From positions 160,001 through 224,000 of the forward strand of contig JAPDKB010000002.1 of the NCBI GenBank assembly GCA_029258795.1: a DNA stretch of 64,000 nt, given 5' to 3'. Position 1 is the first letter of the stretch; each line of letters begins with the position of its first letter. The notes beneath the pieces are model-generated. The model made no database searches. It was not told the DNA's origin and saw only the letters and a list, made by a program, of their open reading frames with translations. Shown piece by piece: positions 20,953 to 30,845 of the stretch. The translations under genes were made by a program, and so were the position numbers. Source of the stretch: an archaeon. GTDB lineage: Archaea > EX4484-52 > WAPT01.

Positions 20953-21873
20953 TCATTTTATTTTTATTTCCATGAAATCCTCCGCAATTTTTGTGTTCGG
21001 AAATATCTCCTGCGCCTCCTTCAGCAGCTTCTCCACCGTGTACTTTCTGTTGTTGTTATCCTGCTGGTACCTCCGGCTTATGTGGGTCAGCACAAGCATT
21101 TTCACATTCGCCTCTTTCGCAAGCATTGCCGCCTGCCTTGCTGTCATGTGGTAATACGTATGAGCTCTGTTCTCAAATTCGGAGCAGAAAGTACCATCGC
21201 ATATCAGCACATCAGCATCCTTTACAGCTTTGACAAGCGATTTTCTGTAGCCAGTATCGCCGGTGTAAGCTATTTTTTTACCCTTCACAACCTCCACAAC
21301 ATCTTCCGGCTTTATTCTCCTGCCTTTGAACAGTATCTCCTCTCCCTTTTTCAACTTGCCTATCAGCGGACCCGAAGTTAAGCCAAACTTTTTCGCTTTT
21401 TCCATGTTCGCTTTGATTTTATCCTTTTCCTGAAACACAAAGCCAAGGGAAGGAATGCCGTGGTAGGTTTTGAACGCCTCGATGTAATACCTGTCAAACT
21501 CCACTCTATCCCCTGGCTTGAGGTCTTCAGCTATAACCGCAAAACCCCTCTCAAAATAACCTATGCTCAGCAGCTTTTCAACGAACCCGACAGTACCTTC
21601 CGGGCCGTAAATATAGAGCGGCTTCTTTCTTCCCTCCATGCTCATGGTCTGTATCAATCCGGGCAGCCCAGCGAAGTGATCAGCATGCCAGTGCGTGATG
21701 AACACGGCTTTTATCCTCATGAACTTGAGGTTCTTTATCATGAGCTGTCTTTGCGTGCCTTCTCCGCAATCAAACAGAAAGCGGTCTTCGTTGTACTTTA
21801 TCAGGATGGCAGGTAAACCACGCTCTCTTGTTGGTATGCCGGCGCTCGTCCCAAGAAAATGGATGGTCATCAC
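20953..21873 (-). CDS. rnz: Ribonuclease Z
   Basis: LGT.AG.PT, DCGEGTQ, THWHADH, exosite GP motif, YTGDT, THISRRY. Confidence 0.95.
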   Translation of the reverse strand: MMTIHFLGTSAGIPTRERGLPAILIKYNEDRFLFDCGEGTQRQLMIKNLKFMRIKAVFITHWHADHFAGLPGLIQTMSMEGRKKPLYIYGPEGTVGFVEKLLSIGYFERGFAVIAEDLKPGDRVEFDRYYIEAFKTYHGIPSLGFVFQEKDKIKANMEKAKKFGLTSGPLIGKLKKGEEILFKGRRIKPEDVVEVVKGKKIAYTGDTGYRKSLVKAVKDADVLICDGTFCSEFENRAHTYYHMTARQAAMLAKEANVKMLVLTHISRRYQQDNNNRKYTVEKLLKEAQEIFPNTKIAEDFMEIKIK

Positions 21874-23147
21874 AGCTCATCCACCTTAACCAGTTTTTCC
21901 TCCCCGCTTTCCATATCACGCACTTTAACTTTGCCTTCCTTAACCTCATCCGGCCCGACTATCACCACATATCTTGCACCTATTCTGTTCGCATGCTTCA
22001 GCTGCTTTGACAGGCTTCTGTCCATCAGCTCCATCTCGACAGCGTAGCCCTTACCTCTGAGCTTCGATGCTATGCTGGCACAGACATCCATGAGCTGGGG
22101 AGTCACGAAAGCGATGAAGTAATCAGGACTGGTACTCACTTCAGGTAGCTTGCCCTCAGCTTTCAGCACCTCCATCAACCTTTCCACACCACCGGCAAGC
22201 CCCACGGCAGGCATATCCTTACCATAAATTCCAACAAGCTCATCATACCTCCCGCCGCCAAAAATCGCGCTCCCCAGAGCTTTTCTGTTGGTTGCGTAAG
22301 CTTCAAACACTATTCCAGTATAATAATCGAGCCCTCTCACAATAGAAAGGTCGACCACGCAGTTTTCCAGCACGCGGAGAGCTTCCAGCGCATCTCTCAG
22401 CTGCAAGAGTTCATCACATGCGGAATTGACATCCTTACTCTGCACTCTGCTCTTCACGGCTTCGACCACATCTTCGAACTCGCCTTTGAGGTCAAGAGCA
22501 TCCAGCAGATCTTCAGCCTTCTCTCTCATTATTCCACGTCTTTCAAACTCATCCAGCAGCTCTTCCCGTTTCATTTTCTGTAACTTATCTATGCACCGGA
22601 AAGCATCCAAAATTTTATCCCTCTCTATTCCGACAGCTTCCATCACCGCCTGCACAAGTTTCCTGCTACTCACCCTCACCTCAAAATCCACATCAAACGC
22701 TTTCAGCACATCACATCCTAGCGCTATGCATTCCGCATCCGCATAAACGCTTGCTGAGCCGAAAATTTCAGCATCCCACTGCCAGAATGCTCTGTAGCGT
22801 CCTTTTTGTGGAGCTTCATACCTGAACATGTCAGCAATGCAGAACCATCTTACGGGAGTGGGGTAAGCCGAGCCAGCAACCATTCTCGCCATCCCAACGG
22901 TCAGATCAAACCTCAATCCGAGCTTCCTGCCGGCCTTGTCCTCAAAAGCGTAAATCTCTTTTTCTATCTCCTCTCCTGATTTGGCAGCCAGCGTTTCAAA
23001 GCTCTCTATTTTGGTGGGCTCCACCTCCTTAAACGAGTATCTTTTCATGATCTCTCTTATCGTGGAGAATATCGCCTGCCTCGCGGCCATCTCTTCCGGA
23101 TAAATGTCCTTCATCCCTTTGGGTGGTTGAAACTTATCGGACGCCAT
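21870..23147 (-). CDS. hisS: Histidyl-tRNA synthetase
   Basis: LRFDLT, FRYEAPQKGRYR, VRGLDYYTG, GGGRYD. Confidence 0.97.
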   Translation of the reverse strand: MASDKFQPPKGMKDIYPEEMAARQAIFSTIREIMKRYSFKEVEPTKIESFETLAAKSGEEIEKEIYAFEDKAGRKLGLRFDLTVGMARMVAGSAYPTPVRWFCIADMFRYEAPQKGRYRAFWQWDAEIFGSASVYADAECIALGCDVLKAFDVDFEVRVSSRKLVQAVMEAVGIERDKILDAFRCIDKLQKMKREELLDEFERRGIMREKAEDLLDALDLKGEFEDVVEAVKSRVQSKDVNSACDELLQLRDALEALRVLENCVVDLSIVRGLDYYTGIVFEAYATNRKALGSAIFGGGRYDELVGIYGKDMPAVGLAGGVERLMEVLKAEGKLPEVSTSPDYFIAFVTPQLMDVCASIASKLRGKGYAVEMELMDRSLSKQLKHANRIGARYVVIVGPDEVKEGKVKVRDMESGEEKLVKVDEL

Positions 23148-23172
23148 GAAAGAGAATTAGCCATCAGAATTT

Positions 23173-23616
23173 TTAAATAAGTGATTTTGGGCCTTTTTCC
23201 TCCTTCATATTGCAGTAGATTTTGGTTTCGGGATAAATGTTCCTTATACTCGATATCAAAGATAGCGCTCTATAGGTGGCGTCGCTTCCTTCCTCATTAA
23301 TCCTGATCACCAATTCTCCATCGTTACTGTAATAATCTCCTTTTAGGGAATATCTTTCGGGCTCAACCCCCAGAGAGGCAAGATAGTCCATTGCCACTTT
23401 TTCAATTTCTTCCAAGGTTTTTTTAGGTCGAGACGCCCCACAGAAATGAATTTTTATCTCTCTACTGCCCTCAATTCTGTCAAACTCCTCATTAACAACA
23501 ACATGTTTCGGCTGACTTTTTACAATGTTCCTGTACAGTTGTTGGAAGGATGTTAGCATAACCATCCCTTCCAATTTTCTGGTGGGAATTTTTAATTTGT
23601 TGTGTTTATAGCTCAT
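23173..23616 (-). CDS. Hypothetical protein
   Basis: 147-aa ORF filling the gap between hisS and alaS. Confidence 0.6.
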   Translation of the reverse strand: MSYKHNKLKIPTRKLEGMVMLTSFQQLYRNIVKSQPKHVVVNEEFDRIEGSREIKIHFCGASRPKKTLEEIEKVAMDYLASLGVEPERYSLKGDYYSNDGELVIRINEEGSDATYRALSLISSIRNIYPETKIYCNMKEEKGPKSLI

Positions 23617-23680
23617 CCGTCAAGGAATACATAATCCCCATAACCAAAAATAAAAAGTTTCGCTCTCCAATTTTCTGAGC

Positions 23681-26383
23681 ATGGTCGTTGATGAGAAAAA
23701 GATCAAGCAGGAGTTCAAGAAGAAAGCGCAGAAGACGCCTGAGAAATACTATCCTGCAGAATTCCTGAAAAGCGAGGGCTTTGTTAGAAAGCAGTGCAAG
23801 AAGTGCGGCACATTCTTCTGGAGTGTGGATGAAAGCAGAGAGATCTGTGATGATCCCAACTGCACCGGCTTCTATTCTTTTATAGGAAATAGTCCTTCTC
23901 CCGTGAAAATGGACTTCATAAAGGTCTGGAAAGAGTTTGCGAAGCTGTTTGAAAAGCTCGGCTACACACCCATAGCGAGATATCCGGTTGTTGCAAGGTG
24001 GAGGGATGACATGGATTTTGTGATAGCCAGCATAGCTGATTTCCAGCCGCATGTTGTGAGCGGTGAGGTTGAGCCTCCTGCAAATCCCCTTGTTGTTCCG
24101 CAGTTCTGTCTGCGCTTCACGGACATAGAAAACGTTGGTATAACGGGAAGGCATTACACGGGTTTCGTGATGATAGGGCAGCATGCCTTTGTGCCAGCAG
24201 AGCAATACGATCAGGAGAAGTATCTCGCGGACATATATGAATGGCTGAGAAGGGGTCTAAAGCTTCCGAAGGAGGAGATAGTTTTTCATGAGGATGCTTG
24301 GGCAGGCGGTGGAAACATGGGCCCGAGCATGGAGTTTTTCTCCCGCTCTCTGGAGATCGGGAATCAGGTCTACATGATGTTTGACATCAGAGATGGCACG
24401 ATAAAGGAGCTGCCTATAAAAGTGCTCGACATGGGGATGGGGCAGGAAAGGTGTGCGTGGCTAACAACTGCTTCCGCCACCAGCTATGAGGCCAATATGC
24501 CGAAGGTGGTTGAGCTTCTTTACAGGCTTACCGGAGTTAAGCCGGAGCATGAAATTATCGAAAAATTCCTGCCTTATTCGGGCGTGCTGAACGTGGATGA
24601 GTTGGAGGATGTTGAGAAAGCATGGCAGAGTGTAGCGAAAAAGATGGGCGTGGATGTTCAGCAGCTTAAAAGGGCAATTCTCCCTGCTGCAGCCATATAT
24701 GCCATAGCAGACCACACAAGAAGCCTGCTCTTCGCTATAGGAGACGGTGCCCTGCCGTCCAACGTTGGTGGCGGCTACAATTTGCGTGTAATTCTGCGCA
24801 GGGTTTTTGATTTGATGGACGAATACGGCTGGAGTTTTGATCTGGCAAAGGTGCTGGAAACTCATGCCTCCTACATGAAATCCCAGTACCCCGAGCTGAT
24901 GGATGTGGTGGAGCACGTTGCCACGGTTTTTGAGGTTGAACGTAAAAAATACGATGCCACCAGAAAGATGGTGAAGAAAATAGTGGCGAAGCTGAAAGAA
25001 GAGAAGCTGGACGAAGAAAAACTCGTGGAGCTCTATGACAGCAAGGGCATCTCTCCGGAAATGCTGGTAAAAGAAGGTATCATAGAGAAGGTACCGAAGG
25101 ACTTCTACACAAAGCTGGCTGAAAGGCATGAGAGGGCAAGAAGGAAAGAGCTTGAAAAGAAGGAGAAGGAAGTAAAGCTCGAGCTTAAAGGCGTGCCGCC
25201 AACTCAGATTCTTTACTATGATGATTACAGGCTTGTGGAATTTGAGGCTAAAGTTGTCAGGGTAGATGGAAACTTTGTGGTGCTGGACAGGACCGCTTTT
25301 TACCCGACGAGCGGAGGTCAGCTTCACGATGTTGGGTGGCTTGATGGAGTGGAGGTTGTGAACGTATTCAAGGAGGGTAATCTAGTGGTGCATGAGGTTA
25401 AAGATGGAGGCAAATTCAGGGAAGGGATGAAGGTCAGGGGCAAGATAGATGTGGAGCGAAGAGTGCGGCTTGCACAGCTGCATACCGCTACACACATAAT
25501 AGGTGGCGCGTGCAGAAAGGTTGTAGGAAAGCATGTGTGGCAGGCAGGAGCGGAGAAAAGGCCGGAAAAGGCGAGGCTTGATATAACCCATTACGAATCG
25601 CTGGATGAGAAAATGATAAGAAAGATTGAGGAGGAGGCGAACAGAATCGTGATGCTCAACATTCCGGTAGAGAGCTTGATGATAGAAAGGAATGAAGCGG
25701 AAAAGAAATTCGGATTTGTGATCTATCAGGGCGGGGCCGTGCCGGGGAAGATACTCAGGATAGTCAAGATAGATGATTTCGATGTGCAGGCGTGCGGAGG
25801 AACGCACGTAAAAAGCACGGGTGAGGTTGGACCCATAAAGGTGGTGGGCACAACCAAAATTCAGGATGGTGTTGTCAGACTTGAGTTTGTAGCTGGTTTA
25901 AGTCTGCTTGACTACGTGAAGGAAATGGAATCGTATTTAAAGGAAAGTTGTTCGGTGCTTGAGGTAGCACCACAGCATCTTGCAAAAACCGTCAGAAGAT
26001 TCTTTGAAGAGTGGAAGAAGCAGAAAAAGGAGATAGAAGTGCTGAGAAGCAAGCTTGATGAGGTGCTTGTGAGCAAAGCGAAACTGGAGAGAAAGGAGTT
26101 TGATGGTGTTACATGCATGTTCTCCAAGCTGGAGGACATGGAGCTGAAGGACGTGCTCAAATATGCTAGTGAGAAGGCAAAGGATGCTGACGTTCCAATC
26201 TTGGTTGTCAGCGTGAAGGGTAAAGGTGCGCAGCTCGTAATCGCTTACAACAAGAACACATATGATAAAGCTAATGTGCTGAAAGAATGGGTGGAAAAGG
26301 AGCTACAGGTAAAGATGCGTGAGGGCAAGGATGTATTCGTGGGCGGGTGCGCTGCAGAGAAACTCAAGAGTAAGCTACTGTGA
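23681..26383 (+). CDS. alaS: Alanyl-tRNA synthetase (archaeal, full length)
   Basis: CKKCG, ASIADFQP, TGRH, DMGMGQER, editing HTATH and CGGTH. Confidence 0.97.
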   Translation: MVVDEKKIKQEFKKKAQKTPEKYYPAEFLKSEGFVRKQCKKCGTFFWSVDESREICDDPNCTGFYSFIGNSPSPVKMDFIKVWKEFAKLFEKLGYTPIARYPVVARWRDDMDFVIASIADFQPHVVSGEVEPPANPLVVPQFCLRFTDIENVGITGRHYTGFVMIGQHAFVPAEQYDQEKYLADIYEWLRRGLKLPKEEIVFHEDAWAGGGNMGPSMEFFSRSLEIGNQVYMMFDIRDGTIKELPIKVLDMGMGQERCAWLTTASATSYEANMPKVVELLYRLTGVKPEHEIIEKFLPYSGVLNVDELEDVEKAWQSVAKKMGVDVQQLKRAILPAAAIYAIADHTRSLLFAIGDGALPSNVGGGYNLRVILRRVFDLMDEYGWSFDLAKVLETHASYMKSQYPELMDVVEHVATVFEVERKKYDATRKMVKKIVAKLKEEKLDEEKLVELYDSKGISPEMLVKEGIIEKVPKDFYTKLAERHERARRKELEKKEKEVKLELKGVPPTQILYYDDYRLVEFEAKVVRVDGNFVVLDRTAFYPTSGGQLHDVGWLDGVEVVNVFKEGNLVVHEVKDGGKFREGMKVRGKIDVERRVRLAQLHTATHIIGGACRKVVGKHVWQAGAEKRPEKARLDITHYESLDEKMIRKIEEEANRIVMLNIPVESLMIERNEAEKKFGFVIYQGGAVPGKILRIVKIDDFDVQACGGTHVKSTGEVGPIKVVGTTKIQDGVVRLEFVAGLSLLDYVKEMESYLKESCSVLEVAPQHLAKTVRRFFEEWKKQKKEIEVLRSKLDEVLVSKAKLERKEFDGVTCMFSKLEDMELKDVLKYASEKAKDADVPILVVSVKGKGAQLVIAYNKNTYDKANVLKEWVEKELQVKMREGKDVFVGGCAAEKLKSKLL

Positions 26384-26446
26384 TTCCCCTTTTATCGGCA
26401 ACCCAGACACACAATCTTTATCTGCTTTTTCACCCTTACATTCTTC

Positions 26447-26995
26447 ATGATGCTCTTCTTTCGCGTTTCTGAAGTGGGAAAATGCATGAGGTTCCTCTAC
26501 TTTACCAGAGTGCTCGGGAGGCTTGAGGACATCTCCTCCAAGCCAGAAGTCGTGGAAGGCAAAACCCTACATGAGAACTTCCAGAACGAGTGGATCGAGC
26601 AGGTTGACAGCGAAGCTAAACAGGAAGAGGAAGCGATGTTCCTACATGACAAGTTCGTGGTGAGGGGTAAAGCTGACATAGTGAGCGGAGATAAGGTCAT
26701 AGAGATAAAGACCACAAATAAGCTGCCACCCAGACCATATGAGACCCATGTAAGGCAGCTTAATTTTTACCTCGGGCTTTTCAAGCTGGAGCACGGCTTA
26801 CTGATTTACCTCCTGCGGAACGGAAACGGCAGGAGAGAGTTTGAGGTGGGCTTTGACGAAGGAATGTTTCTCAACGACCTCAGACGGTTCGAGAAACTTT
26901 ACGAATGCCTCACTAGCTTCATAGTTCCGGAAAAGGAGCCATCGCCGCTCTGCAACTTCTGCGAGTACAGGTTCTTGTGTGATAGAATGAAATAA
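26447..26995 (+). CDS. Solo Cas4-like PD-(D/E)XK nuclease with Fe-S Cys motif
   Basis: N-terminal C, G..LH, GKAD, EIK, QLNFY, C-terminal CxxCx5C; no cas1/cas2 or array seen. Confidence 0.85.
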   Translation: MMLFFRVSEVGKCMRFLYFTRVLGRLEDISSKPEVVEGKTLHENFQNEWIEQVDSEAKQEEEAMFLHDKFVVRGKADIVSGDKVIEIKTTNKLPPRPYETHVRQLNFYLGLFKLEHGLLIYLLRNGNGRREFEVGFDEGMFLNDLRRFEKLYECLTSFIVPEKEPSPLCNFCEYRFLCDRMK

Positions 26996-27033
26996 TGGTT
27001 TGATTCTTAAAATTATGGAATAAACATGTTTGC

Positions 27034-27921
27034 ATGCATGAAAATTACGGATTTACATGCGCATACGACTTGTTAAGGGGAGGATATGATCCTCAAAGAA
27101 AAAATGAACTGGTAGCGGAACTGTATCGCGCTGAGAGTTCTTTTCTAAAAGATTTGGTGGATGAGTGGATCGCAGAGAAGGTTGTTGAGAGCAGGGAAAA
27201 GCTCGAAAAGGAAATCAATGAAATTTATGATGGTGTATGCACATCCTTACCGCCTGTGCTCACAACAAAAACTCACTGCAATGTTGTGCCCTACAGAATA
27301 GACATAAAACACAAGGGCGGTGTGCCTTGCCTATCACTTAGATTGGTTTCATGGTTTAAGGGGGATGAGGTGTATATTCAGCCAGCGGGGCTGTACGAGT
27401 TGGAGGTGTGTGGTGAGTTTCCACAGGAATTGGAAAATTATGAAATTGTGCTTCATTCCGAGGGTAGCATGATATCTCCATCAGCTTCGGTTTGCATTCC
27501 TCATAAAGATCTGGCGGAAAATGATAGAAAGCTTGTGGAAAATTTTGTGCAGCTTGTTCTGAGCTATTTTGGTCATGTTTATGAGGCAGAAAGAAAAATG
27601 GAAAGCTTGGAAAAGGATTTGGAGCTAATGGAGAAAGAACTTAACAAACTTTATGCTGATCCTGTGCTTTTTTATTCTCGAACGGATAACAGACCTGTGG
27701 GAATCCTCATTCCTCCCCATTTTACACACATAGTGGTTGGTGAGGATGTTCTTCCTACTTCCAACGGAAAAATTGCTGTTGAGGTTGATGGAAAGAGGCT
27801 TCAGAGAGCTTTACTGCTTTTAAGGGCGGAGGCCTTTGATAGAGCGGTGGTGCAGGAGGACTGGAGATGGGAGCCGTGGTACTGGTATGCTGAGGTGAAG
27901 GAAGGTACAGTTTTTCGCTGA
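27034..27921 (+). CDS. Hypothetical protein
   Basis: 295-aa ORF with no recognised motif. Confidence 0.7.
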   Translation: MHENYGFTCAYDLLRGGYDPQRKNELVAELYRAESSFLKDLVDEWIAEKVVESREKLEKEINEIYDGVCTSLPPVLTTKTHCNVVPYRIDIKHKGGVPCLSLRLVSWFKGDEVYIQPAGLYELEVCGEFPQELENYEIVLHSEGSMISPSASVCIPHKDLAENDRKLVENFVQLVLSYFGHVYEAERKMESLEKDLELMEKELNKLYADPVLFYSRTDNRPVGILIPPHFTHIVVGEDVLPTSNGKIAVEVDGKRLQRALLLLRAEAFDRAVVQEDWRWEPWYWYAEVKEGTVFR

Positions 27922-27977
27922 ATTAAAGAGCTGAGCAGTGGAAATAATAAATAGTAGTTTGCCAACATTACTTTTTC

Positions 27978-29381
27978 ATGAGGAAGGATGAAATGAGGAA
28001 AGTGCTTGCTCAAGCATTGAACCTTGTTAAACCGTCTGTCGAGGAAAAAAAGAAGGTGATGAAGCTTTTCGAGAAGATAAAAGAGTTTATAGAGCAGAAT
28101 TACGGGCTGGAAGCTAGGTTAATGGGTTCTGTGGCCAAGGACACGTTTTTGAGGGGAGCAAGAGACCTGGACATCTTCGTGCTATTTCCGGTTGATGTGA
28201 GCAGGGAGGAGCTGGAGAAGAAGGGGCTTGAAATTGGAAGAGCGGTTTTCGAGCATTTTGGAGGAAAGGATGTCGTTGTTGCCTATGCCGAACATCCGTA
28301 CACGAGAGGTGTGATCGATGGTTTTGAGGTTGAAATCGTGCCAGCTTACAAGATAAAGGATGCGTCTCAGCTTAAGAGCGCGGTTGACAGGACTCCATTT
28401 CACACGGATTACGTGCTCAAAAATTTAAGGAATCATGATGATGTCAGGCTGTTGAAAGCATTTTTGAAAGCGATAGGAGCGTACGGTTCTGATCTCAAGA
28501 CTGCTGGCTTTTCCGGCTACTTGTGTGAGGTGCTCATAATCCATTGCGGAGATTTTATTTCCCTGCTGGAAGCGTGTCAGAGATGGGGATGGCAGGAGAT
28601 TATAGATCCCGCAGGCCATTACAGCAGGAAGGATTACTCCAAGCTCAGAAGGATGTTCAAAGGACAGCCGCTGATAGTTGTGGATCCCGTCGATCCCAAG
28701 AGAAACGTGGCTGCTGCGCTTTCTGCTGAGAAGCTCGCTTTATTCATTTACGCTGCCAGGAAGTTCATGGAAAAGCCATCCATTAAATTCTTCCAGCCCA
28801 TCAAGATCAGAGTGAACAAGAAAGCGGAGCTGGAAAAGCTGAAAAAGGAGGGCAGGAAAGTTTACGCTCTTGTGTTGGAAAGGCCTGCCGGAGTGATGGA
28901 CGACACTCTTTACCCGCAGTTGAAAAAACTCGCTGACAACATCAAAGCTTTTCTCGAGCACAACGAGTTTGTGGTGGAGGATACATGGATTTTCGGGGAT
29001 GAGGAGGTCGGAGTTGGGTTTGAAGTGGTTGATGACAGGCTTCCATTGACGAGGATAATGAAGGGCCCGCGCATTTTCGATGATGTGAAGCATCAGGAAA
29101 GGTTTGTGAGCAAGCACAAAGTTGTGTGGATCGGAGAGGGCGGGAGATTTTATGCGAGGGAAAAAAGGAAGTACAGAAACGTGAGGGAGCTCATCTCCTA
29201 CCATCTCTCAGGCAGTTTTGAGGAGATAAGGCAGAAGGGTGTACCCAAACACATAGCGAGAAGCGTGACAGAGCATGGCTATCTCTTGTTCAAGAACGAG
29301 GAATTAAGAGAGGTGAAAAGCAGAGAGTTCTGGGAGGGGCTTGTCAAATTCAACCTGCGAAAGCTGGAAAGATTAGAGTAA
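27978..29381 (+). CDS. cca: CCA-adding enzyme (class I, archaeal)
   Basis: GSVAKDT.L...DLDIF, YAEHPY, AVDRTPFH, GFSGYLCE, DPVDPKRNVAAA. Confidence 0.96.
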   Translation: MRKDEMRKVLAQALNLVKPSVEEKKKVMKLFEKIKEFIEQNYGLEARLMGSVAKDTFLRGARDLDIFVLFPVDVSREELEKKGLEIGRAVFEHFGGKDVVVAYAEHPYTRGVIDGFEVEIVPAYKIKDASQLKSAVDRTPFHTDYVLKNLRNHDDVRLLKAFLKAIGAYGSDLKTAGFSGYLCEVLIIHCGDFISLLEACQRWGWQEIIDPAGHYSRKDYSKLRRMFKGQPLIVVDPVDPKRNVAAALSAEKLALFIYAARKFMEKPSIKFFQPIKIRVNKKAELEKLKKEGRKVYALVLERPAGVMDDTLYPQLKKLADNIKAFLEHNEFVVEDTWIFGDEEVGVGFEVVDDRLPLTRIMKGPRIFDDVKHQERFVSKHKVVWIGEGGRFYAREKRKYRNVRELISYHLSGSFEEIRQKGVPKHIARSVTEHGYLLFKNEELREVKSREFWEGLVKFNLRKLERLE

Positions 29382-30491
29382 AAGGGTGCAGGTCTCAGCC
29401 ACCATGGCAAACAGTATCACCGCCATGCACAGCGCGTAGAGAATCTTCTCCATAACTTTCAGCTTTTCAACCCTCATAAGTGTGAACAGAATGAACCCTA
29501 TGGGTATTAGCACGCCGTAACAGGCGGCTATAGCAAGCAGCTGCGTAAAGCTGAAATTTCCCAGCCCCATAAACACGCTGACGAGAAGGAGCAGAATGGC
29601 TGACTCTCTCCTGAGCTTCAGATCACTTTCCATCATATCACACGCGGCAAGCGTTACCGCAATGGCTGATGTTGCTACTGCAAAAAACGCGAAGCTCACT
29701 CCAAGCACCTGCAGAACACCGCTGCTGAAGGATGTTGGTGCAATTTCATTGACTTCAGGCATCGAAGCCACAACAGCAAGCGAGAAGAGCAGGTAAATCA
29801 GAGCGGGAATTCCGAAGCCAAGCACAATAACGCTCCTGAAGTTCCTTTCAAGGTGCTCGTGCCTCAGCAGTTTGTACGCTTCGGGAATCACCATGTGGGC
29901 ATCCATCGCAAATAGTATGACCAGAAATGAAGTGAGTAGATTTCTCATTTCATTATCCGCGCTCCAGAAAAGCGGTACCTTTTCAACATTCCCGTTGGGA
30001 AGCAAAAGAACGATGAGAAGAAGGATAACTGTGACCATCATGAACGTTATGACGGATTCCAGCCTGCCGGTGCTTTTCAATCCCGTGATTACGGGAAAAG
30101 TGCAGAGCAGAAATAACACCACAACTCCGTAGATGTTGCTCAACCCTACATGAGCAAAGAGCGAGCTGTAAGCGGTGAAATATGCCCCGAGCGTCGGCAC
30201 AAAGAAAAGAAGAAGCGAAAGCACGACCACCCTCTTGCCTGTTTTTCCAAACCCGAGCTCCACCAGCTCTCCCAGATAAACCCGATCCACATTTTTGAAA
30301 TGCTGCATCAGCCTTTTGGTGGCGAGGGATGTAAGATAATATATCCAGAACGCGATGACTGCAAGCAGAATATAAGGCACAAGTCCGCTCTCCTTCAGGC
30401 GGGAGGGCAAACCCAAGATGCCAGCACCTATTACCGCTCCCACAAGAATTGATACGCTCTCCACATATGCTTCGCGTTTCCACAGAATCAT
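29373..30491 (-). CDS. Amino acid permease (TyrP/HAAAP-like)
   Basis: VGAVIGAGILGLP motif; about 11 TM helices. Confidence 0.85.
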   Translation of the reverse strand: MILWKREAYVESVSILVGAVIGAGILGLPSRLKESGLVPYILLAVIAFWIYYLTSLATKRLMQHFKNVDRVYLGELVELGFGKTGKRVVVLSLLLFFVPTLGAYFTAYSSLFAHVGLSNIYGVVVLFLLCTFPVITGLKSTGRLESVITFMMVTVILLLIVLLLPNGNVEKVPLFWSADNEMRNLLTSFLVILFAMDAHMVIPEAYKLLRHEHLERNFRSVIVLGFGIPALIYLLFSLAVVASMPEVNEIAPTSFSSGVLQVLGVSFAFFAVATSAIAVTLAACDMMESDLKLRRESAILLLLVSVFMGLGNFSFTQLLAIAACYGVLIPIGFILFTLMRVEKLKVMEKILYALCMAVILFAMVAETCTLLL

Positions 30492-30554
30492 GATTTTATG
30501 GTTGACCCTTCAAAACTATTTTAAGATTTCGGTGGTATAATATAGCTACACCAC

Positions 30555-30681
30555 GCGGGGGTCGCCTAGCCTGGTTTGGCGTGGGACTGCAGATCCCATT
30601 TACCCGGGTTCGAATGCTGCGGAAGCAAAACTTCCTTGCATTTCCAGCTGTCCGCAGCTGAAAATCCCGGCCCCCGCTCCA
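30555..30681 (+). tRNA. tRNA-Cys (GCA) with 50-nt T-loop intron (30615-30664); CCA encoded
   Basis: GCGGGGG/CCCCCGC acceptor, U73 discriminator, TGGGA-CT-GCA-GA-TCCCA, T-stem CCGGG/CCCGG, BHB TTCG/TGAA with AAT bulges. Confidence 0.92.
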
Positions 30682-30845
30682 GAAAGATTTTTCTTTTGGC
30701 TCTAATACCCAAAAATGAAGAAAAAGAGGAGGTGTTACTTCCTCTTCTTGTGTCTCATTTTCTTCCTTCTTTTCTTCAGTTTGTGTTTCCTTATTTTTGC
30801 ACGCTTCCTTTTCTTTCCCGATGGCATTCCATGCACCCTGAAATC

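Noticed and set aside
26383-27034. CRISPR array or cas operon near the Cas4-like gene
   Set aside because: No regularly spaced direct repeats and no cas1/cas2 seen anywhere in the window
16574-30681. Split or permuted tRNA interpretation of the interrupted tRNAs
   Set aside because: All exons are collinear and in order, joined by cis BHB-type motifs
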